Source: Octopus sinensis
Lineage: Eukaryota
Reading direction: 5' to 3'
Assembly (NCBI RefSeq): GCF_006345805.1
Contig: NC_043004.1
Coordinates: 41,602,001 to 41,666,000, forward strand
Length of the DNA stretch: 64,000 nt
Notes under the pieces: model-generated
The model's database searches: none
What the model saw: only the letters and a program-made list of their open reading frames with translations
Told to the model about the DNA's origin: nothing
Shown here: positions 24,600-41,100 of the stretch, one piece after another
Layout: each line of letters opens with the position of its first letter
Numbering within the stretch: position 1 is the stretch's first letter
Program-made: the position numbers and the translations under genes

Positions 24600-26330
24600 G
24601 AAAATGCGAACACTTCAGGATGGTGGCTTTTCTTTTGAGAGGAAAACTACTTTTACCTCACAGGTTTTAATCAAATCTAACACTGATATGGTTGCTCGTA
24701 GTGAATCTCGTTTTCTTGGGGTTGGTCACTAGAAGAAATAGGAGAAAGTCATATGTTTTATTGAGTAGGCATGGAAGAAATATAAAAATAAATCATTTAA
24801 TGCTGGGTTTACAGTAAAAACTATTATTGCAAAACGACTCTCATTCCGTCCTCATTGTTCAAGTGATTGCATTATAAATCTCTCTGTTGATCTTAAAGAT
24901 AGTAATCCAACATATGTAATAAGCTGCTTTGCTCTGACGATCTTATACTATAAACGTGACAACGGTTTTTCATGGTAGCATTCATTGTACCAACTCTGAT
25001 ATATCCCATAATTACGAGATCCTTCTTCATGGTGATTGTAAGACCAAGGTACGATATTATATTGATACTTAGTCTGCTGTAACTGGTAAGCACGATGTAG
25101 GAAAAAAAATGAACAGCGTTGAATGCTGTCCTTTTGTAATGAACTTCATTTCACTGTTCAAGCAACCAAATAACCATAAAACAACTTGATTGTAGCTACG
25201 CTCCAACTACAGACATTTAATTGAAAGCATAATCACCAGAAAATGATTAGAAAAGTGATTTTCTAATTAGTTTCTTACACTACACTTGTTGGCTGTCGGA
25301 TTGCTTTATGCAGCAAATGTCAGGAAAATAGCGATATCTAGAAATATAAATGTCAAGTCACTCAAAGCCAAGAATAGGTAATGTGCATTTTCATAAAAAA
25401 GAAACCTAGAAACAACTCTTCGAAATGTCATTATAGCGGGAAGTGTTGAATGGTATCAGTACCTCAAAGAAGCAACATATGCTTATTGTAAATCCTACGA
25501 ATTGCTGCAGCGTAAACGTCAGCGCTGGTTCGACGAAAACAACTTTAACGTTGTCTCTTTTAGACTATTGGGATCTTTTCGGTTTGAACGGCAGTTTTTA
25601 ACATAATTTCTAGGTAACTAAAAAAAATTAAACTTCGTATACTGATAGAATGTGTTTATAAAACATCTTTTTCTCTTGGCTTTATTGAGAAAATTCTATA
25701 GTTTGTAAGATATTTGTTGTTTTTTTTCTTCAATTTCTGCAATTTCAACCAATCAATAACGTCTATCGAGGTAAAAAACATTCTGTGCCGTATGAATATG
25801 TCCCTCGTTTAAGAAACAGACTGGGATTATTTACATTTGTGAAGAAAAAAAAATACCCTCCCCCCGCCCCTAACCCTAACCCTAACTAACCCTAGGGTCA
25901 TAATTATGGGTGACAATTTCATGACACCGCTAGAAAAAAATGCCGTTCAAACCGAAAAGATCCGACTATTGTTATCCAGTACTTTTGTGTAGTATGTACA
26001 GAATTATTGAACATAGGAGAAAAACGGCAAGCGACTTAGCTTGAGAAAAATAGGTTAGTGCAAACGACTTTATGAAGTCTGATAAAAAAACAAAGAAGGT
26101 ATTGTTAGGAAATTATAAATTATAATAAGTTAAACAGGTAAACAGTTTTTCATGCTGCACTGTAAGGTCAGGATGAAGTTCATTGTCAAAATGGAGGAAG
26201 CTAGCCCAAACTGTGAAACTGTAACAAATTGGCTAGACCTTGGCAAACCTTTATAAGCAAAGATAATTGTACCCACCAGTTTTTTTGACAGTTTTTTCTG
26301 TGAGACAAAGTTATTCAATTGGATTCTGAA
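24600..26330 (+). pseudogene. Highly decayed RTE-clade LINE (APE endonuclease into RT-proximal region), interrupted by MITE copy 2
   Basis: Fragmentary translations MRTLQD, ARSESRFLG, GFTVK, ISCFA, GKHDVGK.MN and RKRQRWFDENN (25511-43; cf. RTE/BovB-type HQDWFDEN). Many stops and frameshifts. Confidence 0.5.
25571..25963 (-). mobile_element. MITE family copy 2
   Basis: Same TIRs with the interior inverted (CCCTAACCCTAACC); TSD GACTATTG at 25563-70 and 25964-71. Confidence 0.95.
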
Positions 26331-26449
26331 AGCTATGATTGCCTGTTTAGTTTATGCACATTGTGCGTTGTGTTAGGTATTTATAGATTTATTTTATGCT
26401 CCAGGAACTCGCCAGAACTTTTGTCGGATTTAAAATAATTTCTGTGTCA

Positions 26450-26690
26450 CATCTGAGTCCAAGGTTCGAAATCCAAGGTTCGAAAACCGAATTTGTACTA
26501 AAATGGAAATTCAGATTTTATGAAATCCAAATTTTTGGAATCCATCTTTTTGAAAAACAAAATTTGTGAGGCTGGGTTTTGTGTGAGTCTAATTTTGGTG
26601 AAACCAAGAATTGTGAATCCAGAGTTACAGATCCAAGTTTGTGAAATCAAGTTGGTGAAGCCGGGATTCGGAGTCCGAATTTCTGAACTG
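26450..26690. repeat. Degenerate ~14-15-bp minisatellite (..AATCCAAGTTTGTG..)
   Basis: TCCAAGGTTCGAAA x2 and recurring GAATCC/GTGAA motifs. Confidence 0.45.
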
Positions 26691-27139
26691 TGTATATACA
26701 TTACCTTCGTAAATATTTTAACTGCACGTCTGATGTGGCATTTGCTTCTTGTTCGTGTATATATTTGTTTTGTACATAAACTGTTGACTATTGTTTATAA
26801 TATTTTACAAAATATTTCCAGGTGTGTCGTTGTTTTGGGTTCACCTTATCCCCATTGCTTCTGTAAATTCGGGTTATGGCCACCAGGTCGTAACAGTATG
26901 CAGAGAATATCACTCAAATTTAATCTGTAGCAGACTGGAAGGACATGAAGGCATGCTATGGAAGTTCAAAAAAGGTATACAGGCTACATAACTATGGTCC
27001 ATTTGTCGTAAATAAGATTAGGGGAAACGCCTGCCTTGTTGAATGCTATGCAAAGGTCACCTACAGTTATTGGCTCTGATGTCCTCATTAAGTGAACAAG
27101 CTCTTGCTGTTGGATATACACCAGGAATTCCATATTGTA

Positions 27140-29051
<1,912 letters not shown>

Positions 29052-29984
29052 CTTACATAATCACATAAGTATATATTTGTACGTGCATGTGTATATACAT
29101 GCATGCGTACATATGTATGCAAGTACGCTTACACGTCAAAACTACTCACAACATAGATATACGCTCCTGATCATATGTTTGTGTGAGTGAGTACTCATTT
29201 GCATATGTGTAGGTGTGTGTACTCATTTGTATATGTGTATGTTTGTGTATGTGTGTGTGTGTGCTTGTGTGAGTCTGATTGTATCTGAATACGTCTCCAG
29301 GAATGTTGCATTCACTATAATTTGAAATATATGCCCCAAAATCAATATACCTCATTATATTTTGAAAGTAGAATCAAAGTAATTTTTTCTCATTAATTAG
29401 TGATGTTTAAGTAAATTTGTAACTTTCAGAATATTTACTAATAAACTTTGTTTATTTTGGAAACTTTTCGAACCTAAACTAAGAATATCGAACAAAATGG
29501 TGAGGCCGGTAAGAAAATATGTTTCATTCCGCGAAATGGAATAATTTGATACGCTGCTTACATGCTTACATGCTTACATGCATACATACATACATACATA
29601 CATACATACATACATACATACATACATACATACATACATACATACATACATGCATGCTTACATACATGATGGCCGTCCACTCGTGACTGAGGAAAATTAT
29701 TGCTGACCTTCAAGAACATTGTACGCTCTAGGACTAACTTAAATTTGCATTTGCGGCTCCGTTGGTGGCTAATGAGTCCTGCTCTTGACAAGCATATAAG
29801 ACAGCAAACATTTCATACCAAGCTTTCGCTATTCACTACACCAGCAGTGCGCTATCATGTGCTTAAGAGGTTTGCTTCGTAGTTACATGATTTTGGGTTC
29901 AGTACCAAACATCTGCTATAGCGTTGAACGGAATAATGGCTTATGAATGTAGTTATTTGGGAGAAAATGAGTAGAAGCCCATCG

Positions 29985-30036
<52 letters not shown>

Positions 30037-30719
30037 TATCTCTCTCTCTATCTATATATGTATATAGATATATATATGTATGAGTGAGTGCGTTGATACG
30101 TATATATGTATATATGTATGTGTGTATGCGTGTACATGTATCTGTGCGCGTTTGCCTAGTCGCCCCGTGATAATTGTTGTTAGATATTTTCCGTCTCAAT
30201 AACGTAGCGGTTCGGTAAAAAGACTCAATGGAATAATTACCAGATCCAGATTAATTGCTGGGTACTATTTGCAACAACTTACCTGAACCCACTTACTGAA
30301 CAATATATGTGTGTATGTATGAACGTGTATGTATGTATGTATGTATGTATGTATGTATGTATGTATGTATGTATGTATGTATGTATGTATGTATGTATGT
30401 GTGTGCGTGTGTATATCTTTGTGCGTATATGGTTTCCTCGACTGTATGAATATAAAATATACATATGCACATACGTGAAATAAGAGACAGGCACAAGTGG
30501 AAAATTATTGCGTTATTACTTTTGAAAGACGCTAACTACTTTTCCATAAACCGCAGTGTTTTTGATTTAATATTTCAAGTTGGAAAACTTTCTATCGTAA
30601 ACAATCTTTATTATATTATAGCAGCTTATCTAACTATAAACCTCGGTGTCTGCGCAGGTGCTTCCATTTGTAGTCATATATAGTATGTAAATGTATTATA
30701 AATATATTCGTCACTCACT

Positions 30720-30740
30720 TATACATACGCCATATTAAAC

Positions 30741-30791
<51 letters not shown>

Positions 30792-31162
30792 CATACATAT
30801 ATATATATTATATATATATATATATATATATTACATACATACATATACATAGACAAACACGCAGACGCACACAAACACACACACACACATATATTTTATA
30901 TATAATATATATATATATATAAATACTCCATATTATATATTATATAGTATATAATGTATGTTCTTGTATATACATACACATATATGTATATAGAAATCCA
31001 AGTATATATTAATGTATGGTTGGATGTATGTATATATATATATCTATATATATGTATATACATACACACACACTTATATATATATACAAATATATACATA
31101 TATACTTACATACACACATATATATTTATAAACATATATATATTTAATGATATATAGATATA

Positions 31163-31217
<55 letters not shown>

Positions 31218-31220
31218 CAA
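30720..31220. repeat. (TA)n/(CA)n/(CT)n arrays
   Basis: Directly visible. Confidence 0.9.
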
Positions 31221-32450
31221 TATATCTGAACTGATATTTCGTATGAAATAGAGAAATCGATCGATCGATTTCTTCATTTATATATCTAATGGCTCATTCG
31301 AATAAACTTACCTTACTCAATAATTAAATAATATTATTAATAATAAAAAAGTAGTTTAGAAGATACGTTCAATATTTTATCATTTTCTATAAGATTAGTT
31401 GAGAAAAATATCGTCATTTTTTGTGTTTGATCTTTTGCCTTGATTAAGACATTTTGTTTTCCACAATCTGGAGTACAGGTGGATTGGATGTCGCTAAATT
31501 ATCAAACTCAAGATGATGTAGTTCGTGTTTACAGAAAACTGTATTGAGCTTTATCGTATACTGCTAAAGGGATGAGACTGTACCATTTGTGGCATGATAT
31601 ACAAAACAAACTCATAACCGCAAGTCTTCGATACCAGTTGTTTTTAACATAGGCAAAAGGACGTGTATTTTTAATGAATGAGAGATTAGTCGATTAAATT
31701 AACCCCGGTTCATCATTGGTGAATTATTTTATCGAGCACTAGAGAATAAAAGGTAAATTTGGTTTCGACATGATATGAACATAGACTGTAAAAAGTCGGA
31801 ATAACTACTGTAAAGTATTTTGTTCAACCCTTTGGCTATTCTATCAATCCATCATTTTCTTCTATTTCATATAAACGAGCCAAAAAAAAAAGAGAGAAAA
31901 AAATGCAGTTGCTAAGTGGTCGTTTGATCCGCTAAAGATAGCAGTAAAGTCTTCCTAAAGTCATAACATGGTATCTTAAAGATTATGACAAAAGAAAACA
32001 AAAACAATGCACAAAATCAACAACAAAGGAAATGAAGATATTGTATGATACTGTAGTTGTAGATATAATGTCTGCGATTAGCATGAAAATTTATTTGCGC
32101 ACGCACACACACGCACACACGCAAACACGCATGCACACACACATGTGTGTCCATATGTGTGAATGTTTGTATACATACATCTATATATGTGAATATATAC
32201 ATAAACACGTAAACATATATACGTATATATACATATATATATACATACATATAAACAACTTATAAATAAGGCATATTTGTCATTAGAAATTTTTTCGTTT
32301 GCCCTTATTTATAAGTTGTTTATAATTTAACATTTAAAGGTATTTTTTAATATGCTGGGCATTGATAAATTTTTTTTCGAAAAAAATTTATCCTACAAAT
32401 CCAATACATACATACATACATACAACATACATACATACATATATATTATA

Positions 32451-32512
<62 letters not shown>

Positions 32513-33499
32513 TGTATAATATTTTTATACAGACACACACACTCATATCAACGCGATAGTGATTGATGGAACCCCTTCGGTCATAAGTTTGCTCAATCAG
32601 CGCTGACCTAGCATAACCCCCAAAATTGAACACCCTGTCTCTTCTTGATTAATTTCTATAAATGTCGGCTGTTGTAGCCCTGAATATAATGAAGGTTATA
32701 AGAGTAAATATTTTTGTCAAATATTACTATGATGCATTTAAAATAAAATAAAATAAAAAATTATCTTCGAAATATAATTTATCCGAAAATAAAGCGTCTG
32801 GCTTTGTTCCAGTTGTGAAACGTCATATTTTCTCAGAGCTAGACATCATGGGAAATTCATAAAATACAAAACAATAGACATATATACATGTACGTTGCTT
32901 TTTGAAACAAAAACAATAATTAAAAAAACAACAACAAAAAGTCAACATATCAGAACAAAAATAATGAAAAACCCAATACATTTTGCTCAGAAATAATTCA
33001 TCAAAGCATTGTACATTCCCCAACGTCAGCATTTTCAGAGATACAACACAGAAGAATACGAACAATTAATCTTTAGAAATATATGATATATATATATTAT
33101 ATATATATAATATATATATATATATATGGAAAAAAAAAAAAGAAAAACGAGAGCTTACAACAAAGACACAATTTCTTTTAAATGTTGGTGGCTATAATAT
33201 TTAGTAATGAGAAATGCTGACCTCATATACGTAGAAAACATTTCTTTGTTTTCATTTGATAAGTTTTCGGTTAATACTGGATCAAACATTTCTAACGATT
33301 ATGTAAAAGAATGCAAAGTGCTTAACATCAAACGCAGTTCTACTTTCTAATTGTTTTCTGATAAGGCTGCAAATATTGAAATACTAACAAAAGAAAAACA
33401 AGTGATGCAAAGTTCTTTGAAATCATATAAGAAACGGCTCTGAGCTAACAAATAGCAGCATAAGTGTTTCATAAAATCGACAAATATATTCATACGCTT

Positions 33500-33513
33500 G
33501 CGCGAGCGGATGT

Positions 33514-33554
<41 letters not shown>

Positions 33555-33638
33555 GTGTGTGTGCGCGTGTATTAGCTCGTATCATTGCGTTTATGCATAC
33601 ATATATACCAGCATGCATACACATACATACATACCATG

Positions 33639-33683
<45 letters not shown>

Positions 33684-33829
33684 ATATGTATACGTGTATA
33701 TATTCATTGTATTATACAAACATACATATATACATATCTGTGTATGTACATACATACACACACACACAACACACCACACATATATATATATATATACATA
33801 CACACACGCATTTATATATATATACATAC

Positions 33830-33868
<39 letters not shown>

Positions 33869-33895
33869 CACACACGTATTTATATATATATAATA

Positions 33896-33954
<59 letters not shown>

Positions 33955-34549
33955 CATATACTGTAATAAACAATTCTGTTTAAATGTAGGCAAATATTCA
34001 AAGATTTGAGCTGAAATAAAATAAAAACGGGAAATAGGCAAGAATTCTTGCATACATACGCAGACAAACACATGCACACACTCTCTGCCACACACACACA
34101 CACACACACAAATACACACACATACACGTAAACACAGAGTCACACATGTACAAAATAACATAAACCAGATATAAGCACAAATATAAATTGGGTATACAAG
34201 TACGTATTAATACAAATTTTAAATGTATATATGTGTACATATGTATGTATATATGTATATATATATATATTATATATATATATATATATATACATATATA
34301 TATTGCATATATACATATATACAAATATATATGCATATATACATTAATCTATATATATATATATATATATATGCATATATACATATATATGCATATATAC
34401 AAATATATATGCAAATATACATTCATATATATATGTATATATATATATATGCATAAACATACACACACGTATGTCTACGTTCATACATATATATTAATAC
34501 ATGTTCATATTTATAATTATGTATGAGTATGTATGTGTGTGTATATATA

Positions 34550-34560
<11 letters not shown>
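33500..34560. repeat. (TG)n/(TA)n/(CA)n compound arrays
   Basis: Directly visible. Confidence 0.9.
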
Positions 34561-34584
<24 letters not shown>

Positions 34585-34590
<6 letters not shown>

Positions 34591-34749
34591 ATGGAATTGT
34601 GTGTGTTGCCTTAAGCCTGTGTATCTACGGGACTGTGTGTGTCCGTGTGTGTGTAATATATATGTATATATATACATATATATACAAATATATCAGACAT
34701 ATGATGTATGTATATGTCTCCATACGTAGAGAGAGAGAGAGAGAGAGGG

Positions 34750-34785
<36 letters not shown>

Positions 34786-34851
34786 GGAGAGAGAAAGAGA
34801 GAGAGAGAGAGAGAGGGGAGAGCGAAAAATACTAACATAGCTAAATATATA

Positions 34852-34920
<69 letters not shown>

Positions 34921-35072
34921 ACATATATATATATATACATACATCACATGTCTGATATAGTTGTATATATATGTATATATAACATATATATTACACACAC
35001 ATGCACACACACGAACACACAGAGTCCCGTACATACACAGGCTTAAGGCAACACACAGAATTCCATTCTCAT
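34585..35072. repeat. Inverted repeat, ~130-bp arms around a (GA)n/(TA)n spacer
   Basis: ATGAGAATGGAATT.TGTGTGTTGCCTTAAGCCTGTGTAT.TACGGGAC (from 34585) reappears reverse-complemented, ending at 35072. Confidence 0.8.
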
Positions 35073-35537
35073 AACCGTGTGTGCGCGTCTTTGTATGTTT
35101 ATATGGTGTTCGTTTCTATGGTATTATGTGTGTATGTTTGAAGTAATATGAAAGTATTTCTGAACTGTCCATGAACGAATTTATTTTGCAATCAAGAAGA
35201 GGAAAATTACTATCACATTATTTTATTATTGCAAGTAAAAGAAATATAAATGTGGGACGTGTGTGGGTGTTGGGGAAATTATTTTTTGCCAGCAAATATA
35301 ACATACGTACTAGATTTTAATTTCACATACTGACAAAGTTATTAAAACTTGGGTAAATATTGCTGAGACGCGTGACGTAAGAGAAGTCGGCGATAAACCA
35401 AGATTGAAAGTAGGTAATAAGTAATCCGAAATAACGAGGTTAGAATTATACTTGTGTGGCGTTATGGAAATTAAAATTATAATATAAATATGCACACGTA
35501 CGTACATGCATATATATAGGTAAATATATATTCGTCT

Positions 35538-35958
<421 letters not shown>

Positions 35959-35964
35959 TAAACT

Positions 35965-36235
35965 GAGGGCACCTGGCCAAGTTGTATGTATGATGCTCTC
36001 ACGATCACGAGATCGAGTATTCCATTCCTGGACCGGGTGGTGCGTTGTGAGTTTTGGAATATACTTGCTCTCACGCTGCTGTGCGATGACGTCGGCACCT
36101 GATGCGTGGTGCAGTGTGAACCTGCTCAGACAACATGGATTTGATGAACTGAGAGAGCTAATGTACAACACGTACATTTAATCACTATGAACAAATCATT
36201 TTGTATAGGTCGTACAGAGAAACCGAACACTCATA
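35965..36235 (+). mobile_element. Old tRNA-derived SINE
   Basis: GAGGGCACCTGGCCAAGTTG head and GAGTATTCCATTCCTGGACCGGG degenerate B-box-like region. Confidence 0.4.
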
Positions 36236-36251
36236 GGTCTCTTCGACGGGA

Positions 36252-36300
<49 letters not shown>

Positions 36301-36339
36301 ACACACACACACACATGCACACACGCATATATATCAAAA

Positions 36340-38060
36340 AGTCACCATTCAATTACAGACACCCGAAAACGTCACAAAAATATCTAAAAATAACAATCAT
36401 TTACAAAACACTCAACGCGAAAGCCAAAGTACATGAAACGGTCACTCAAGAAAATGTGGAAAAATCTTTCAGGTCCATATGGGACTTTGAAGACTACATA
36501 ACGAGGGGAAACAGGTTTGCGACGATCGAAGTAAAATTCGACATCGAAGAGCGAGCCAAGGCCCTCTCCACAAGGTCTTTCCAACATGAAAATCTCCTCA
36601 TGATCCCTACATACCTTGATCGTAGGGTCAAAAAGATAAAAATAAAAAATGTGCCCCCTGAAACTGAAATAAAATGGCTCGTGTCTGTCATTTGCTATGA
36701 CATCGAGGACGAAATCCATATATTGGAAATCGCTGTTCTGGACCAGCAAAAATGGATTGGCCAGGGAGTCGAAATCCTCGCCCAAATCGATCCAGCGAAT
36801 TTCGGAAAAATTCCCCACCGAATCCAGTCGATAGAAGATTCGAGCTTTCATGTAGCCGTCGAAGGCAGAAAGCCACGTTGCTACGTTTGTGGTAGCAAAA
36901 CACACTTAAAAACTAACTGCTCACGAGCACGGAAACAACAGCAACAACAAGACCATGAAAAATAACAACAACCACAAGAAAAGCAAAAACCGAGCAAAAA
37001 AACAAAAAAAACAGCACTACTACCCACACCGTCATATGTAAAACTAATTAAACAGCTCTACAAATAAATGAAGGAATATCAGCCCAACAAGCCAACTAAA
37101 CCACACAACACCACCAAGAACAGAACCAACATCATCATCACCACCAACAACAACAACTCCCAAAGGAAGAAGAGGAAACCAAAGAGACTCACACCCCAAA
37201 AACCAAAACAACACACCCCAACTGTCACCAAACAGCACCAACTTCACCAACAACAAAATCAACACACTCAGAAATAGACCCTAATACCTATTTCTTTACT
37301 ACCCACAAGGGGCTAAACACAGAGAGGACAAACAAGGACAGGCAAATGGATTAAGTCGATTATATCGACCCCAGTGCGTAACCGGTACTTATTTAATCGA
37401 CCCCGAAAGGCACAGTCGACATCGGCGGAATTTGAACTCAGAACGTTGTGGCTGACGAAATACAGCTACGCATTTCACCCGGCGTGCTAACCCGGTCTGC
37501 CAGCTCGCCGCCTAAACGATAACAGAATTGAAAAATAAGAATCATTACGCTTGGAATAGAAACCTAATACCGTTCCCCTTCCATCCTCTGATTCATCTGA
37601 TATGTCGTCAGATGAAGACGACACAGAAAATGGGCAAGTGGCCACAGGAGTAAGGAGAAAAAAGGGGAAAAAATAGAGAAGCAGACAAGCAAAGCAGGGA
37701 GGTTTACCACTCCCGAAACCAAAACACCCGCAGAAAAGAAAAGCATCAACACAAACACACTAACCCCACCCCAAAAATGTTGACATATATAAACACCAAC
37801 AATCCAGACCTAATGGAATACATTAGGTCAAACACCAACATAAAAGAAAATGATACCAAAACTAAGAATCACCCACGCACAACACCGCCACAACACATTC
37901 AAATCATACACATAACTTAGTACACACACAGCAGACTGAAATCTCTCTACCCGGATGCAGTAGGGAGATTTCAAAAATACCCCTTTAAAAAACTATAATA
38001 AAACCTTCTTGGAGAAGACTGTGTGGTGAAGGACAAACAACTTTCGGACAGTAAGTAACT
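36340..38060 (+). pseudogene. Tx1/L1-clade LINE ORF1 (gag-like, CCHC knuckle), disrupted
   Basis: ORF 36315-36965 ends ...VAVEGRKPRCYVCGSKTHLKTNC (CX2CX4HX4C). A low-complexity K/T/Q-rich tail follows, interrupted by a SINE. Confidence 0.75.
37283..37512 (-). mobile_element. SINE family A inserted in LINE ORF1
   Basis: Reverse complement is near-identical to 17212-17450. Confidence 0.9.
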
Positions 38061-38121
38061 ATCCTTCTCTCTTTCTCTTTCGCCTCCTTTTCGTGTGTAA
38101 AACACAACTTTCGATAGGAAC

Positions 38122-40337
38122 ATGCTCAAAATAGGCAGTATAAATGTACGTGGCTTGGGGTCGCGTTGGAAACAAGGCTACATGTTAAACGACATCAAGT
38201 CATAAAATCTGCATATCATAGCCATCAGCGAGACCAGATTCCACAGCCCGCGTGCCCTCCAGCACATGTTCGGCGGACATTTCAACGTTTATTTTGTCTG
38301 CCGAGAATGGGCGGAAGAGGCACCGCGGTGCTTCTTCGGAAAAGTCTGAACCTCAAAGTAAGAGCAATTTTCCTAGACCCGCAGGGTAGGCTGGTCGTCT
38401 TGGATGTCGATGGAAGCAATGGGTATGATTTTCGACTGATTAGTTTAAGCACCGTCCTGAACAGGCTGGTCAGATTTATTTCGACGTCTAGAAGTTTTCC
38501 TGGGAACGTCTCGACCTTTACTTTTAGTGGGGTTTGGAATGCTACGCTGGAGATGCATCTAGACTACGTTGGCAGAGATAGTAATAGGAAGAGATGCAAA
38601 TGCCTCAAATACCTGCTCAGACGTTTTCAACTGACTGACAGGAACCGACTGGACCACCCGAATGTGCCAATGTGACATGGAGCAACCGCATTGGGTCGTC
38701 CAGATCGTATTTAAATAGAGTATTCTGTAGGACATTGGACAAGGATAGTGTAGGTTGTCCACAATTGCAGATAGTCAGCTACACAGACCACAAATTTTGT
38801 GACTTGTCACTTGACTTAGATAAGACACATAGGCAGGGTCCCGGTTACTGGAAGCTGAACGCGTCGTTCATGGCACGCTAGGCTTACAGGGACCGGATTA
38901 GCACATTAGTTAAGAGAGCATTGACGGGTGCCATCATCAACAATAAATGGTGGTATTCCCTAAAGAAAGCAATTAAAGCAGAATCGGTTAGGTATTGTAA
39001 GGCCCTAGCATTTGACCGAAATAGAATAGAGGGAGACCTAGTTAAGAAATTAGAAGAGGCACTTAGAACTGGCATTGCGTCCAACGTACTGGCGTTGAGG
39101 TTAACCTTCGACCAACACTTCACCGCCAAACATGAAGGATGAGTTGTCAGAGCTAGGATGCGTGCTCTGAGGAACGAAGGAGTTGGAGCCTCCCGAGAAG
39201 CCCAAGTGGCGGAGGCGCAACGAGGTAACAGAACCACCATTTGGTCCCTGACAGATGAACAGGGGCGCAAAGTACTCGAGCCTGAAAGGATGTGTGAGGC
39301 CTTCCAACAACACTTTCCCCGACTGTTCAGGACAACTGGTGGAACAGAACGCAGAGTGGGTCAGAACGCAGAGTGCCTATCTGCATGGCCTGTCACGACT
39401 CTCAGCAAGAGTGTTGTGAAAGACTCATCACAGCCGCGGACGTACCGGATGCGATGGCAGGCTGCGCGGGAGACAAGTCACCAGGCTTGGATGGTCTGCC
39501 CTACGAACTTTATTGTCATATGCCAGACTTGTTTAGAGGCGTTTGGCAGCTGTCTACTGCAAGTGGCAGCAAAACGGGAGTATCCCAGTCTTTGTAAAGC
39601 GAGGAGTGGTGGCACTGCTAAAAAAGATCCAAAAAAGGGGAACGTCATAAATAACTTCAGGCCCATCACTCTGGTGAACGCAGATTTGAAAGTTTTGGCC
39701 AAGGTGTTAGCCGAAAGTTTGGCGTTTGTCATCGATAAACTAGTCGACAAGGCGCAAACGTGCACCGTGCCGGGTAGGAGTATCCATGACAACATCCATC
39801 ACATGCGCTACATCATAGACAAGGTAGGTAAGGAACCTGGCATGGGTGGGGCGCTGATCAATTTGGATCAATCAAAAGCTTTCGATAGGATAGACCATCA
39901 CTACTTGGAGGCTATCATTACAGCGGCTGGTTTCGGTCCCATCTTCCGCGGTTGGATCGCTGCCTTATACAGCGGCATCCGCTCGGTAGTTCGCGTAAAT
40001 GGCCATCTATCCAGACCATTTAGCATCATGCCTTCGGTTCGTCAAGGATGCCCCCTCTCGTCGTTTCTGTATGTATTGACTCTTGAACCACTGCTGAGGA
40101 AGCTGGCGAGAGCTGGGATGCAGGAGGAGGGTGTCTGCATACGCAGACGATGCCACCCTCATAGTGTCGAGCCACAAGCACATCGACCTGGTCGGTGAGA
40201 CATTAAAAGAATACGAAGCCGTAACGGGAGCAAAAATTAACCGGGGAAAGTCAGTGGGCTTTCGGCTCGGCACCTGGCGAAGCAAGCTCATGCCGGGTGC
40301 TGTTGCACATTCTTCTTCTTCACCAGCAGGGCAGTAA
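38122..40337 (+). pseudogene. Tx1/L1-clade LINE ORF2 (APE endonuclease + RT), frameshifted and 3'-truncated
   Basis: MLKIGSINVRG at 38122; GPGYWKLNAS; FRPITLVNADLKVLAK; LDQSKAFDRIDH; VRQGCPLS; AYADD; LGTWR. Confidence 0.9.
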
Positions 40338-40689
40338 ACCCTCAAGCGGTAGGAACATTCACAGCTGCAACTTTTGAGCCTGACAGACAACAACATCACG
40401 CGAAGATGCATTCCTCTCTTTAAGCAAATGACGGGTGGATATCCTAGTCAGATTACAAAAGACTGTCATTAGACATGTCTCGAGTATTCTTGGCCAGTCA
40501 AACTTGACCATGAATCTGGTAGGTATCAATTAGCTATTCTCTTTAACCACTAGTGAGAACTATCCGACATCACCCCAGGCAGCATAAACGTGAACATTCA
40601 TTATGCCATATATGTTGTGGGGAGTGTGTACTCTTCTTTTGTGGCGAGTGTACACAAGGCCAGAATTTTATGGTGGGTGAGTAAGGAGA

Positions 40690-40800
40690 AGACTTACTTA
40701 AATCGGCTTCAGTACTTGACTGGTACTTTATTTTATCGATTACTCAAGGATGAAATGTAATTTCGTCTTCGGTGTGGTATTCGAACTAAGAGGTCTTACC
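40690..40800 (-). mobile_element. Old SINE A fragment
   Basis: GTACTTGACTGGTACTTTATTTTATCGA...GGATGAAA is the reverse complement of the central domain. Confidence 0.5.
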
Positions 40801-40904
40801 CTATTAGTTGGAAAGTCTCAAAATGTTTGCAAGGCGAATCGAATTATCGTTTCTGTTAACTACCGTTCTCTCAAAGTTTTTCCAGTAATAATCAGAACAC
40901 AATG

Positions 40905-41100
40905 AACAGGAAGGCAAAGAAGAATGCGATGTTGAAGGAAGAGTCGAAGGAGGAAGAAGAGGAAGTGGAGGAGGAGGAGGAAGAAGAAGCGGAGGAAAAA
41001 GAAAAGGAGAAGGAGGAGCAAAAGAAGAAGAAGGAGGAGGAAGAGGACGGGAAGAAGAAGAAGAAGAGGAAGAAAAAGTAGAAGAAGAAATGAAAGGAGT
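40905..41100. repeat. Polypurine (GAA/GAG)n tract
   Basis: Directly visible. Confidence 0.85.

Noticed and set aside
24950-25077. Minus-strand peptide GSRNYGIYQ resembling c-type lysozyme GSTDYGIFQ
   Set aside because: It lies antisense to a decayed RTE endonuclease region, lacks the downstream IN..YWC motif and stops shortly after; likely chance.
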